Origin: an uncultured Verrucomicrobiota bacterium
GTDB lineage: Bacteria > Verrucomicrobiota > Verrucomicrobiia > Limisphaerales > JAYPEY01
Direction of reading: 5' to 3'
Length of the DNA: 64,000 nucleotides
Assembly (NCBI GenBank): GCA_964519245.1
Contig: CAZFLK010000006.1
Coordinates: 12,186 to 76,185, forward strand
In this document: positions 19,279-29,070 of the stretch, one piece after another
Layout: every line of letters starts with the position of its first letter
How positions within the stretch are numbered: position 1 is the first letter of the stretch
Notes under the pieces: generated by a model
Database searches by the model: none
Told to the model about the DNA's origin: nothing
What the model saw: the letters and a program-made list of their open reading frames with translations, nothing else
Made by a program: the position numbers and the translations under genes

Positions 19279-20241
19279 TTGGATTCCCACATGAGCTCTC
19301 TGGATCTCAGCGTCGTCATCCCCTGCTACAACGCAGGCGCGAGCATCACGCGATTGCTGGGGCAACTCGAGACGCAATCCCTCGGCCGGGATCGCTATGA
19401 GATCATCATCATCGACGACGGCTCCACCGACGACACCGCCGCCCGGGTGAAGGCTTTCGGGACGGTCCAATTGCTGAGACAACAACAATGCGGTCCCGGC
19501 GCGGCGCGAAATCTGGGCGCCGCGAAAGCCAGAGGCAGACTCGTGCTCTTCGTGGATTCGGACCTGGAGGTCGCCGACGATCTGCTGGAGCAGCACCTGG
19601 CGTTTCATGATGCCCATCCGGACGTTGCCTTGACGGGCGGCAGCGTGGAGCCCCCGACTGAACTGCCCGTCCTGTCCTGGGTCCTGGCCGACCACTTCGC
19701 GAGTTGGTTCAACGCGCATCCGAAAATTCATTGTCCGAAGGAACCGGAATACCTGCCCAGCCTGAACATGTGCATCAAGAAGGGTGTCGTGGCCGGGGAA
19801 CACGGACTGACATTCCCCGACGGCCTGAAGCACACCGGCGAAGACGTCCTGTATTGCCATGCGCTTCGCGTCAAAGGACTGAAGCTGGCTTTTCTGCCGG
19901 ACGCGATTGTCAGACACCACGATCGCACGACCATGGTCGATCACCTGAAACACATGTATCGCTGGGGGCATCATGCGCCCTATGTGCGGGGCGCCCTGCC
20001 TGACCTGAAGTTCGGGTTTCTCTTTCCCAGAAACCCCTTGCTCGCGCCGTTGGCGGGGCCGTTCATCGTCGCGGGCTATACCTGGCTCATCTGGAAGAGT
20101 TGGCTGTCGTCCCGACCGATCGCCGTCACGCTCGCCCTGCCCCAGATTCTTCTCGGGCGCGCCGTCTACGCCCGCGGCGCCCTCCACGGAACCATGGAAC
20201 GGTGGCGGAACGCCTGCGACAAAGAACCCGCCCCCCCCTGA
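19279..20241 (+). CDS. family-2 glycosyltransferase with C-terminal membrane segment
   Basis: LSVVIPCYNAGASI...YEIIIIDDGSTDDT...LVLFVDSDL (DxD). Confidence 0.85.
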   Translation: MDSHMSSLDLSVVIPCYNAGASITRLLGQLETQSLGRDRYEIIIIDDGSTDDTAARVKAFGTVQLLRQQQCGPGAARNLGAAKARGRLVLFVDSDLEVADDLLEQHLAFHDAHPDVALTGGSVEPPTELPVLSWVLADHFASWFNAHPKIHCPKEPEYLPSLNMCIKKGVVAGEHGLTFPDGLKHTGEDVLYCHALRVKGLKLAFLPDAIVRHHDRTTMVDHLKHMYRWGHHAPYVRGALPDLKFGFLFPRNPLLAPLAGPFIVAGYTWLIWKSWLSSRPIAVTLALPQILLGRAVYARGALHGTMERWRNACDKEPAPP

Positions 20242-20284
20242 GACCGACTTGATTCCCGACGGGAGTCCGCGCCAGAATCGAACC

Positions 20285-21853
20285 ATGGCGCATCACCGCG
20301 CCCATTCGCCCATGCTGGAATGCGAACTCAAACTCCTCATCGACCGCAAGGACCAAGCAGAACTCCCCAAGAGCGCCTGCATCGCCCAACTCCTGCAGGA
20401 GCCGTTCAAACGCAAGCGCGTGCAAAACGCTTACTTCGATACGCCGGATGCCGACTTGCGGCAACGCGGCATGGAACTGCGCGTGCGACGCATCGACCGT
20501 CAATGGATTCAGACCCTGAAGATCCGGCAAGCGGGCGGCGCCGCCGTGCATCGGCGGGAGGAGATCGAGACGCCGGTTTCCGGTCCGACGCCCGTTCCTG
20601 CTCTCCTGATCGAGGCGGGCGCCCCGGACGCGCTTGTCCAAGCCATTGGCGACGCCGGACTCGAATGCCTTTTCGAGACGGTTTATTGGCGACGATCCGC
20701 GATCCTGAAGGCGGCCGGCGGCAACATCATCGAGTTGTGCCTTGATGTCGGCGAAACCCGCGCCGGAGAGCGGGTCCGGGAGATCAGCGAGATCGAGATG
20801 GAGCTGAAACAGGGCGCGAACGACGCCCTCTACAATCTCGCCGAGGAACTCGCGCAAACCTTTGACCTCCGAATCAATTCGCGGACCAAACCCGATCTTG
20901 GCTACGGAATGTTGCGGGATGAGCGGCCCGAGCCTGTATACGACCATGTTCATCGAATCGATTCCGGCGAATCAGCGGAGGCTGCTTTCCAACATTTCCT
21001 CGAAGAATGCGCGCGACATGCGTTCGCAAATGACCGAACGATCCTTGAGACCGACAACATCGAAGGCGTGCATCAGATGCGAGTCGGGTTGCGACGCTTC
21101 CGGGCCTGCCTGAACCTCTTCAAGCCACTGCTTCCGGGCAAGGCGGTTCGCGCCGCCGGCGACCTGATCTCGCCGCTCCAGCAAGCGCTCGGTCCGGCTC
21201 GTGACTGGGATGTGTTCATCCGCGACCGGATCGATCGATTCCCGCAGACCGACGACGCCATGACCGAACTGCGCGCCCTGGCAGTGGTCGAGCGAGATCA
21301 GGCCTACGCCTCACTCAGGGAGTTGCTGAACACCACGGATCATCACCGCAGTCTGTTGACGCTGCTTTCCTGGATTGGCCGTCGCGGTTGGCGGGAAGCC
21401 CTCTCCGCGAAGCAACTGGGTGAACTGGAGCGCCCGATAGACGCCTTTGTCAAAGAGGCTCTGCAACGAACTCGCGCCAAGGCGCTGAAACGGGGACGGA
21501 AACTCGCCGACTTGAGCCCCAAGCAACTGCACCAACTCCGGATCGTCGTGAAGAAGCACCGTTATCCGGTGGACTTTTTTGCGGCGTCCTTCGCCGGCAA
21601 ACGAGGGCGCGTCTACGCCGCCGCGCTGAAGAAGTTGCAGACCGACCTCGGGCGCGTGAACGATGTCACCGTGTCCGGTGACCTGATCGCGAAACTGGAT
21701 CCGCCCAAGCGACTCCAACCAACGGTCAAGATACTGCTGGCACGAGCGGAGGAAGACCGCCTCAATTCCCTCAGCAAACTCCCCGAACGCTGGCGCGCCT
21801 TCCGAAAGCAGAGACCCTTCTGGAAAGGAAGCCTGGGCGCGAAACAGAAATGA
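20285..21853 (+). CDS. CYTH + CHAD domain protein (triphosphate tunnel metalloenzyme / polyphosphate-associated)
   Basis: MLECELKLLI (ExExK CYTH start) and HQMRVGLRRFRACL (CHAD). The start could instead be the ATG at 20312. Confidence 0.8.
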   Translation: MAHHRAHSPMLECELKLLIDRKDQAELPKSACIAQLLQEPFKRKRVQNAYFDTPDADLRQRGMELRVRRIDRQWIQTLKIRQAGGAAVHRREEIETPVSGPTPVPALLIEAGAPDALVQAIGDAGLECLFETVYWRRSAILKAAGGNIIELCLDVGETRAGERVREISEIEMELKQGANDALYNLAEELAQTFDLRINSRTKPDLGYGMLRDERPEPVYDHVHRIDSGESAEAAFQHFLEECARHAFANDRTILETDNIEGVHQMRVGLRRFRACLNLFKPLLPGKAVRAAGDLISPLQQALGPARDWDVFIRDRIDRFPQTDDAMTELRALAVVERDQAYASLRELLNTTDHHRSLLTLLSWIGRRGWREALSAKQLGELERPIDAFVKEALQRTRAKALKRGRKLADLSPKQLHQLRIVVKKHRYPVDFFAASFAGKRGRVYAAALKKLQTDLGRVNDVTVSGDLIAKLDPPKRLQPTVKILLARAEEDRLNSLSKLPERWRAFRKQRPFWKGSLGAKQK

Positions 21854-21897
21854 CGCGCAGGCACGCGGAGCTTCTCAAATCCAGAGCCCGACGGCCC

Positions 21898-23100
21898 TCA
21901 AGAGACAGGCGCAAGATGCTCCGCAACGTGCGTGCGGTAGGCCTTGAAAGCCGGCACGACGCCGGCCAAAGCTCCCAAGGCAATCATACCCACCGGCGCC
22001 CAGAGCATGACCGGGTGCCAGGCGAAGGGCTCCAGCACGACGCCTGTCTGTTGCCGGATCAGGTTCGCGGCGGCCGACATGATCACCGCGTAGAAGGCGA
22101 AGCCGACCAGGACACCGAGCGACGCAATCGCTCCCGCCTCCAACACCACCGCGCTGAAAACGGTCGCCCGGCGGGCGCCCAGCGCCCGCATGATGGCGAT
22201 GTCCCGGCGTCGCTCGTTCATGGAATTGTAGATGCTGGCCAGGATGGAGCCGACCGCAACCAACGCAACGAGATACGCCACCGCCTCCAACACCTTGTCG
22301 AACCAGCCGATCTTGTCGAACAGCTGCGACATGACCGCGCCAATGGGAAAGGCAAAGGTCATCTTGTCGCCCTGCTTGTTGTACATCTGGTCCAGCATGA
22401 AGCCCGCAGTCGGCGCGCGCAGCTTGATCAATACCGCGCTGACATCCGAGGCCGCCTTGGGATCGTGGCCGGCCATCGTCTGGAGCCCCTTGATCGGAAT
22501 CCAGATGACCCGGTCCGCCGGCGTATTCGTCGGCTTCAAGACCCCGACCACCACATACACGTCCGCGTGCTTCGCCTCCTCGTCGAAGATCAGTCCGTGG
22601 TAGGGATTGAACTGGTCGCCGACCTTTAGCCCCAACCGCCGCGCCGCAAAACTCCCGACCACGGCCTCCTTGTAGCCATCTTCAAAAACACGGCCGCCAG
22701 GATGAACCTCGTAGGTCTTGTCGGCATCATAAGCGTGATTGAAAAGATTGGTCTCGGTCCCGACCAGACGATAACCGCGATAATTGTCCCCCACGGCCAG
22801 CGGCACGGCCGATTGCACCGCGCGGTTCTTCTTGATGAACTGATAGTCGGACCAGCGGATGTTCCCGGGCGAGGCCTCCAGATGGAAGATGGCGTTGAGC
22901 ACGAGCTGCAGCTTGGAGCCGCGCGCGCCCAGCACTGCATCGAAACCGGCGGTGACATTGGTGAAGGTCGCATGTGACTGCGCCTTGACCACCCAGACCG
23001 TCATCAGCAGACCGACCGCCAGCGCCAATGAAAGCGAGGTCACCGCCGTGGAAAGGGCGTGCTGCCGGAGGCTCTTGAGGACAATGCGGAACAGAGTCAT
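21898..23100 (-). CDS. ABC transporter permease, FtsX/MacB type
   Basis: N-terminal TM, large extracytoplasmic loop, C-terminal FtsX bundle with ERRRDIAIMRALGARR. ATGA overlap with the upstream ATPase gene. Confidence 0.8.
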   Translation of the reverse strand: MTLFRIVLKSLRQHALSTAVTSLSLALAVGLLMTVWVVKAQSHATFTNVTAGFDAVLGARGSKLQLVLNAIFHLEASPGNIRWSDYQFIKKNRAVQSAVPLAVGDNYRGYRLVGTETNLFNHAYDADKTYEVHPGGRVFEDGYKEAVVGSFAARRLGLKVGDQFNPYHGLIFDEEAKHADVYVVVGVLKPTNTPADRVIWIPIKGLQTMAGHDPKAASDVSAVLIKLRAPTAGFMLDQMYNKQGDKMTFAFPIGAVMSQLFDKIGWFDKVLEAVAYLVALVAVGSILASIYNSMNERRRDIAIMRALGARRATVFSAVVLEAGAIASLGVLVGFAFYAVIMSAAANLIRQQTGVVLEPFAWHPVMLWAPVGMIALGALAGVVPAFKAYRTHVAEHLAPVS

Positions 23101-23786
23101 GCCCCAGCCTCCCCGGGTTGCAAGGCCGCACGATTGATGTCGTTCAGAGCATGCACTTCCTCAAATTGTTCCAGCACGGGCTGATCGTGACTGACCAGCA
23201 ACAAGGCCGCCCCGTTCTCCCGGCAGGCCTCGCGAATCAACTGCAGCGACTCGCGCGAGTTGCGCGGATCCAGATTGCCGGTCGGCTCATCCGCCAAGAC
23301 CAACTTCGGCCGGTTCGCCAGGGCGCGCGCCACCGCGACGCGCTGTTGCTGCCCCGTGGAAAGCTGCTTGGGATAGTGATTGAGCCGGGACTCCAGCCCC
23401 ACCCGTTTCAGGAGAGCCGTCGCAAACTCACGATCCGCGCCCGGGCCGAAAGACATGCCCAGAAGCACGTTCTCCAGGCAGGTGAACCCCTGCAGCAGGT
23501 TGAAGGTCTGGAAGATGTAGCCGATCGTCGTCGCCCGCAACCGGTCCCGGGCCGCTTCTCCCAGATCCGACATGGCGCGGCCGTCAATCAAGACATGCCC
23601 CGAATCGGGTTTCAGTATTCCGGCGATCAGGTTCAGGAAAGTGGTCTTACCGGATCCGCTTTCTCCACGCAGCCCCACCTGCTGCGCCTCCTCCAACGAA
23701 AACTCCGGCACGTCGACAACCGTGTGCGTCCCGCCTTCCGGCGACGCGTAGGTCTTGATCAGATTGGAGATTTTCAGCAATGGCAC
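23097..23786 (-). CDS. ABC transporter ATP-binding protein (MacB/LolD-like)
   Basis: Walker A GESGSGKTT, signature LSTGQQQRVAVARAL, Walker B LVLADEPTGNLD. There is no ATG near the conserved N-terminus; a GTG at 23786 gives (M)PLLKISNLIKTY. Confidence 0.85.
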   Translation of the reverse strand: MPLLKISNLIKTYASPEGGTHTVVDVPEFSLEEAQQVGLRGESGSGKTTFLNLIAGILKPDSGHVLIDGRAMSDLGEAARDRLRATTIGYIFQTFNLLQGFTCLENVLLGMSFGPGADREFATALLKRVGLESRLNHYPKQLSTGQQQRVAVARALANRPKLVLADEPTGNLDPRNSRESLQLIREACRENGAALLLVSHDQPVLEQFEEVHALNDINRAALQPGEAGA

Positions 23787-23961
23787 GACGCTGGACGGTA
23801 ACCGTTTGCCGCAGCGCCGCCAATGCCGATTCTGCGCCTTTCCAAGCGACAGCGCACGCCCGCCGACCCAATCATGAAGCGATCCAGCCTCGGAAATCGC
23901 CCGCCTTCGAGTCGATCCGTCGGCGCTTGCCCCGCTCCCCAAAAATCCCGAAACTCCCCGC

Positions 23962-24315
23962 ATGTCGCGAATCAAGATTGCCCTGGAAGCCGACCTCGTC
24001 GACGGAGAAAGCCGCGCGTTCAGCTTCCAGCGGAACGACCAGCGGATTGACGCCTTTCTCATCCGCTACGAAGGGAGTTTCCATGCCTACGCGAATGTCT
24101 GCCGACACCTGCCTGTTTCGCTCGACTACGAGGACGGCCAGTTCTTCAACCGGGAGAAGAACTTTGTCGTCTGCCGCACCCATGGAGCGCTTTATCACCC
24201 TGCGAATGGTCAATGCGTCCAAGGCCCTTGCGGTGGGGAAAGTCTGTTTCCTGTGACGATAATGGTCGAGGACGGCGCTGTCTGGTTGAACGAGGAGGGG
24301 GCGACAGCGTTGTAG
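23962..24315 (+). CDS. Rieske [2Fe-2S] domain protein
   Basis: 117 aa with VCRHLP ... VCRTHGALY (CxH...CxxH). Confidence 0.8.
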   Translation: MSRIKIALEADLVDGESRAFSFQRNDQRIDAFLIRYEGSFHAYANVCRHLPVSLDYEDGQFFNREKNFVVCRTHGALYHPANGQCVQGPCGGESLFPVTIMVEDGAVWLNEEGATAL

Positions 24316-24411
24316 ACGCGACCGGCGCAGCCTTCGCGGATTGGCGGCGCATCCCGCGGCGCGACCCACGTCTCGCCCTTCAAGGGTTCGCGGCGCAACC
24401 GAAGGCAGCGG

Positions 24412-26421
24412 CTAAGATGCGACCGGGGCATCCGGTTCGGGCAGGGAAGCGGTCTTCTCCGCATCGCCGAAACTCTTCCACATGTGCGGCGGCAGGGCGC
24501 AGACGCCGATGATCGCCATCTGACTGATGATGAAGGCCATCAGCCAGAACATCGCCTTGTCCATGAACCCGTAGGAATGGAGGCCGACGCCCAGCATGTT
24601 GACGCCGAACCAGGAGAAGGCCGTGACCACATTGCCAAAGACCGCCATGCCCATCAGGCCGCGTTCCTTGATCATGCCGCCCCATCGCGCATGCAGCACG
24701 ATCGCGCACCACAACACGATCATGAGCGCGCCATTCTCCTTGGGATCCCAGCCCCAGAAACGACCCCACGACTGGTCGGCCCAGATGCCGCCCAGAATGG
24801 TTCCCACGAAACTGAACAAGGTGGCGAAGCAAATAATGCCGTAAACCATGCGTTTGAGCGCCATGGCGGTGTCCTTGTCGAGCCCCGTGGTAAAAAAGCC
24901 GCGCAGGATGTACACGATCGCCAGGAACCCCGCGACGAACATCGCCGAGTAACCGATGGTGATGACGACGACATGTGTCGCAAGCCAGAAGTTCGTGTCG
25001 AGCACGGCCTGCATCATCTGCATGGTGTCGCCGCTGAGCGAGAGATGGTGGGCGATGATCAAGGTTGAGAAGCCCACCACCGACGCCACCACCGTGCCGA
25101 TGCCGTCCTTGAAGATGCGCTCCAGGATCAGGCACAGGATCACCGCGCCCCAGCCCACGAAGACCGCCGAGGAATAAAGATTGGTCACCGGGGGGCGATC
25201 CTCCAACACCATACGGAAAATGAGACCGGCGCTGTGCACGACCAACGCCAACGCCAGCATCCAGAAACCGGCCTGCCGCACCCAGGGCGTGAAATTCAAC
25301 CAGTAAAAAACGCCCAGCAACAGCGCCACGACATACACCACCATGCTCTTGTAAAAGGGCTCATAGGTGTTGAAGAAAAACTCGGTGCGACCCTTCTCCT
25401 GCGCTTCGACATAACCCTGGCCACTGAGCCAATTCCGGTAGTTGGCCACCTCCTGATTGAAGGTCGCCGGATCGCCGCCCCGAAAGGCCTCGCCGATCTT
25501 TGCGTAGGCCAGGGCCGCCGGATGCACCTCGCCCGCCCGCATGGATTCCATCAGCGACGTCCCGATCTTGGTCCATTCCTCCGTCGTGCCCTCGGCTCCG
25601 CTCGGCGGCATGGCGAGAATGTGCGCCAGCCGATCCAGATTCTGGTAGCGGTTGAAGAACATCGAAAGCAACCGGAGATCCTGCTGCTGCTGCGGCGACA
25701 GGTCCGTCATGTTCTGCGACATGGCCATCGCCGCGGGAATGGTTTCGTTGTAGGTGTTCAACTCCTGCACGAAGTCCGGCGAATCCGGCGGCCGCAGACT
25801 CGCCTTCAACGCCAGATACATTCCCAGCGAGCTGTGAAGCGCCCAGAACTGCTTGTCCAATGGCGTGCGCAATTGATCTTCAATCTCGCCGATGCGCGCG
25901 GCCTGCTGGCGCAGCGTGACGAAGTTCTTGGGCTCACTGCTGACCTGCCCCGAGTGGGGGGCCGTCTGCTCGTTGGTCTCCCGGGTGATCTCATTGTAGG
26001 AAAAATATTTTCGCTCCTTGCCCTTGGCGTCCTTCATTCCGTCCAGGCCCAACTCGCTCTTCACCTCGGGATGATGCACCAGAAACAGCGGCCGGTCGTC
26101 GGACGCCTCCTGCTTGAAGACGACTTCCATGAGCCATTGTGTCGCCTCGATCTTCTTCTTCTCGTCGTTCTCCTCATAACGAAGACCGCTCTTGCCGCGG
26201 ATCATGAGAAGGCTGTTGCGGCCGACCGACTGCAAGGGCTGGATGCGCCCGTTGAGCAACACCGGCAAGGAGCCGAACTCCTTCACTTCGAAACCGTCAA
26301 TCGGCTTCACCGGACGGAACAACCCGCCCAACAACCAAAGGAGAAACAGTCCGACCACAATGCCGGCGGGCGACTTGTGGAGTGGTTTGAGCGGAGCGGA
26401 CTTGGCTTCTTGCTTGTTCAT
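24412..26421 (-). CDS. ccsA: cytochrome c biogenesis protein CcsA (system II) with long N-terminal extension
   Basis: Trp-rich heme-handling motif WADQSWGRFWGWDPKENGAL, multiple TMs. 4-nt overlap with the upstream ccsB. Confidence 0.85.
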   Translation of the reverse strand: MNKQEAKSAPLKPLHKSPAGIVVGLFLLWLLGGLFRPVKPIDGFEVKEFGSLPVLLNGRIQPLQSVGRNSLLMIRGKSGLRYEENDEKKKIEATQWLMEVVFKQEASDDRPLFLVHHPEVKSELGLDGMKDAKGKERKYFSYNEITRETNEQTAPHSGQVSSEPKNFVTLRQQAARIGEIEDQLRTPLDKQFWALHSSLGMYLALKASLRPPDSPDFVQELNTYNETIPAAMAMSQNMTDLSPQQQQDLRLLSMFFNRYQNLDRLAHILAMPPSGAEGTTEEWTKIGTSLMESMRAGEVHPAALAYAKIGEAFRGGDPATFNQEVANYRNWLSGQGYVEAQEKGRTEFFFNTYEPFYKSMVVYVVALLLGVFYWLNFTPWVRQAGFWMLALALVVHSAGLIFRMVLEDRPPVTNLYSSAVFVGWGAVILCLILERIFKDGIGTVVASVVGFSTLIIAHHLSLSGDTMQMMQAVLDTNFWLATHVVVITIGYSAMFVAGFLAIVYILRGFFTTGLDKDTAMALKRMVYGIICFATLFSFVGTILGGIWADQSWGRFWGWDPKENGALMIVLWCAIVLHARWGGMIKERGLMGMAVFGNVVTAFSWFGVNMLGVGLHSYGFMDKAMFWLMAFIISQMAIIGVCALPPHMWKSFGDAEKTASLPEPDAPVAS

Positions 26422-27836
26422 GACGGGCTTTCTCCTGCGGCGGCGCGAGGGATGGCGGCAGGCTCGCGTTCCTTGACCGGTTTCTTGGCCAGCGACTTCG
26501 CGGCGCGACGACGCCCCTGCCCTGAGTTCTTGTTGTCCTTCTTCGGGTTGGCCGGACTGTCGCCGCCGGTATCCTGCTTGCGGCGGCGCTTGCCAAACCG
26601 ACCCAGGCTCAACAGAAACTGCACCAGCAATCCGACGCCCACAATCGTGCAGGACACGTAGGGGACCCAGTCCGCCGGGTTGCGCACGACCTGAAGGATC
26701 GTCACGCGATCGCCAGGTTCAAAGCTGCTCTGGTAATACGTTTCACCGCCGTAACGGAGCGGCTCGTTCATCTTGATGAGAATGTTCTTACGCTCCTCGC
26801 CGGTCTCATGATTCACGAGATGCACCGTGCTGGAGAAGTTCTTCGCGATCTCGGTGCCCTGATACTTGTCGTGGGCAAATTCGACCAATTCAATGGTGTA
26901 AGACTTGTACTGGCGAACGGACCGCATGGCGATTTCGTAGGTCTTGCCTTCATGTTCGAAGGACTGCGGCGCGTCGAGATTCGCGTAGCGGTTTCCAACC
27001 ACCCGGTTGGCGAACGCGGCCATGGCGTCGTCCGCGGCCCAATTGGTGACGAGCCATTCGCCCTTGGATTCGCCGCCCGCCCTGACCTCGACCAGGGCGG
27101 CGGGGATGTTGCGATCGTCCATCTTCGCGGTCGCACGCTTCTTGACCACGGTCAGGCGTTGCCCCACGCCATTGGGGGCCGTCATCTTGTCCTCGACCAG
27201 TTCCCGGAGCTTGTCCGGCGCCATTGCGCCCTTCTCGTCCTGGACCCGCGCATAGTAAAGCAACTCGGGATCGGTGTTCTTGAAGTACTTTTTGACGCTG
27301 ATGGTGAAGGCCGTTCCCGGCAGGGGAATCTCGGACTTGTTGGCGACCATGCCCTCCGGAATCGAATGAATGGAATCCTGCTCCACCCCCTTCTCAATCA
27401 GGACAAGTTCGTTGTCGAGGTGACTGTTGCTGTAGTTCTTGCTGCCGCCTTCCTCGATTCGCATGCTGCCTTCCACCTGGAAAACCTCGGTCACGAACTG
27501 CCCCAGCAACAGCATGATGATGCCAATGTGGGTCAGGAAGATGCCGGACTTCTGCCAGGTGAACTTGAAACGCTTGAAATGCGCGGCAATAAGATTGGCA
27601 AACAAGACCCAGCCAATCAGGTAACCGCCCGGGAAGATGTATTTCAAGGACGGCCAGGAGGCATGCAGGTCGCTGAGGGGGCGAACCAGTACATACTGCC
27701 GGAAATACTCCGTCTGCACGTCGTATAGACCGACGTTGACCTGCGCGAGCGTCCCGATGAACACCAGCACGAATCCGCAGACCAGACAGATCACCGTCAG
27801 TTTCAGCGACGTGAGGAAATCGATGAGTTGCTTCAT
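26418..27836 (-). CDS. ccsB: cytochrome c biogenesis protein ResB/CcsB
   Basis: MKQLIDFLTSLKLTVICLV N-terminus, large periplasmic loop, C-terminal TM plus a basic tail. Operon position before ccsA. Confidence 0.8.
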   Translation of the reverse strand: MKQLIDFLTSLKLTVICLVCGFVLVFIGTLAQVNVGLYDVQTEYFRQYVLVRPLSDLHASWPSLKYIFPGGYLIGWVLFANLIAAHFKRFKFTWQKSGIFLTHIGIIMLLLGQFVTEVFQVEGSMRIEEGGSKNYSNSHLDNELVLIEKGVEQDSIHSIPEGMVANKSEIPLPGTAFTISVKKYFKNTDPELLYYARVQDEKGAMAPDKLRELVEDKMTAPNGVGQRLTVVKKRATAKMDDRNIPAALVEVRAGGESKGEWLVTNWAADDAMAAFANRVVGNRYANLDAPQSFEHEGKTYEIAMRSVRQYKSYTIELVEFAHDKYQGTEIAKNFSSTVHLVNHETGEERKNILIKMNEPLRYGGETYYQSSFEPGDRVTILQVVRNPADWVPYVSCTIVGVGLLVQFLLSLGRFGKRRRKQDTGGDSPANPKKDNKNSGQGRRRAAKSLAKKPVKEREPAAIPRAAAGESPS

Positions 27837-27842
27837 GTCTCG

Positions 27843-28964
27843 TTATTGCGCCGACTTTGCGAACTGGATGAGATTCTCTTCCTGTTGGCCGACCAGATCG
27901 CGATCGCCGCTCATCTTGAAGAACCACATGTGTCCGTCCTTGTTGACCATGATCGTGATGAGCCGTCGGGTGGCCGGGTCACGTTCGCCCTCCTGGACGC
28001 CGCTGGTGTCCACCAAGGTGGCGTCGACACCATCCCATTCCAACTTCCTCGAATAGCGCCCGACCTGATCCGGTTGGATCGGGCCCAGGCCAACCTGGCC
28101 CCGCCACCGGTCGATGTTGCCGTGCAGCGTGCCCACCGTCCCCGGAAACTTGGTGACGGCAATCTCCGCGGAAGCGGATTCGTCGCCGCTGACATTGAAC
28201 GTCGCAATGCGCATGGAACTGCCGGCCGCCGGCGACCAACCCTCGGGAATCTCCCAATCCGGCTGGGCCTGGCTGGGGGCGGCCGGCGCGGAGGAACCGC
28301 CGCCGTGCGGCGATCCCATTCCCGACATCATCGGCAGCGTCATGGCCGGGATTTCCGGCTCCCGGATGGAAATCGATTCCAGAAACTCCTGAAAGACCTG
28401 TTTCTGTTCACCCACCGTTTCGGCAACCCCCATCATTTTGAAAAACCAGACGGTGGCGGGTTTGGTCAGGGTCGCCGCCAGTATTCGCTGATGATGTTCC
28501 CCGTGGATGACTGCCTCCTCGCTGGTCATGTCGAACATCCGACCCTCATACTCTCCGATGGAGACCTCCTCCGCCTCCTTGTCGAGCTCCTCCGCGGCCA
28601 ACGGGTCAAGCCCCACCTGGCCCCGCCAGCGGTTGACGTTCTCCAACTCGCCGCCGCGCATCGCCGGAAGCGGGGTGATGGAGACGTCCACGTCATGGCC
28701 GTGCAGCCCCTTGATCACAAAGGACGCATAGCGCATCGAACTGCTCGAAGCGGTCTCCAGCCACCCCCCGGGCGCCGCCCAGGAAACAACCGGCGCGGTC
28801 GGCGAGGTCGCAGTGTAGGTTTCCGTCGGAATGCGGTAACTCTGGATGCCTTCCTCCTTGCACCCGACGCCGAGGGAGGCAATTGCCACGGTTCCAACCG
28901 CTGAAACGCGGCGAATCACCTGCTTGGAGATGAAAAACGACAGGATGTTGGACGGATTTTGCAT
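27843..28964 (-). CDS. lipoprotein of unknown function with internal two-fold domain duplication
   Basis: Lipobox SLGVGC from ATG 28964. Two ~135-aa repeats share W..P.GW...SSMR.A.F...N..RWRGQVGL.P...WFFKM.G...V..Q...F. Ends 7 nt before ccsB. Confidence 0.6.
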   Translation of the reverse strand: MQNPSNILSFFISKQVIRRVSAVGTVAIASLGVGCKEEGIQSYRIPTETYTATSPTAPVVSWAAPGGWLETASSSSMRYASFVIKGLHGHDVDVSITPLPAMRGGELENVNRWRGQVGLDPLAAEELDKEAEEVSIGEYEGRMFDMTSEEAVIHGEHHQRILAATLTKPATVWFFKMMGVAETVGEQKQVFQEFLESISIREPEIPAMTLPMMSGMGSPHGGGSSAPAAPSQAQPDWEIPEGWSPAAGSSMRIATFNVSGDESASAEIAVTKFPGTVGTLHGNIDRWRGQVGLGPIQPDQVGRYSRKLEWDGVDATLVDTSGVQEGERDPATRRLITIMVNKDGHMWFFKMSGDRDLVGQQEENLIQFAKSAQ

Positions 28965-29070
28965 TGAGGAGTGACCGCTTTGGACAAGACCGATCCCATC
29001 CTTATTCAAAATCCGCAAGAGAGGGAAGGCGGTAATTTCGGGGGAAATCGGGTCTTGCGCGGGATTGATG

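Noticed and set aside
18196-20286. 696-aa minus-strand ORF
   Set aside because: Antisense shadow of the radical SAM and GT2 genes (CX3CX2C and DxD motifs are on the plus strand). Low-complexity composition, no motif.
23787-24062. N-terminal 92 codons of ORF 23097-24062 (ABC ATPase) overlapping the Rieske gene
   Set aside because: The extension is Arg/Ser-rich, precedes the conserved ATPase N-terminus and overlaps a well-supported divergent gene. A GTG at 23786 gives a normal-length ATPase.
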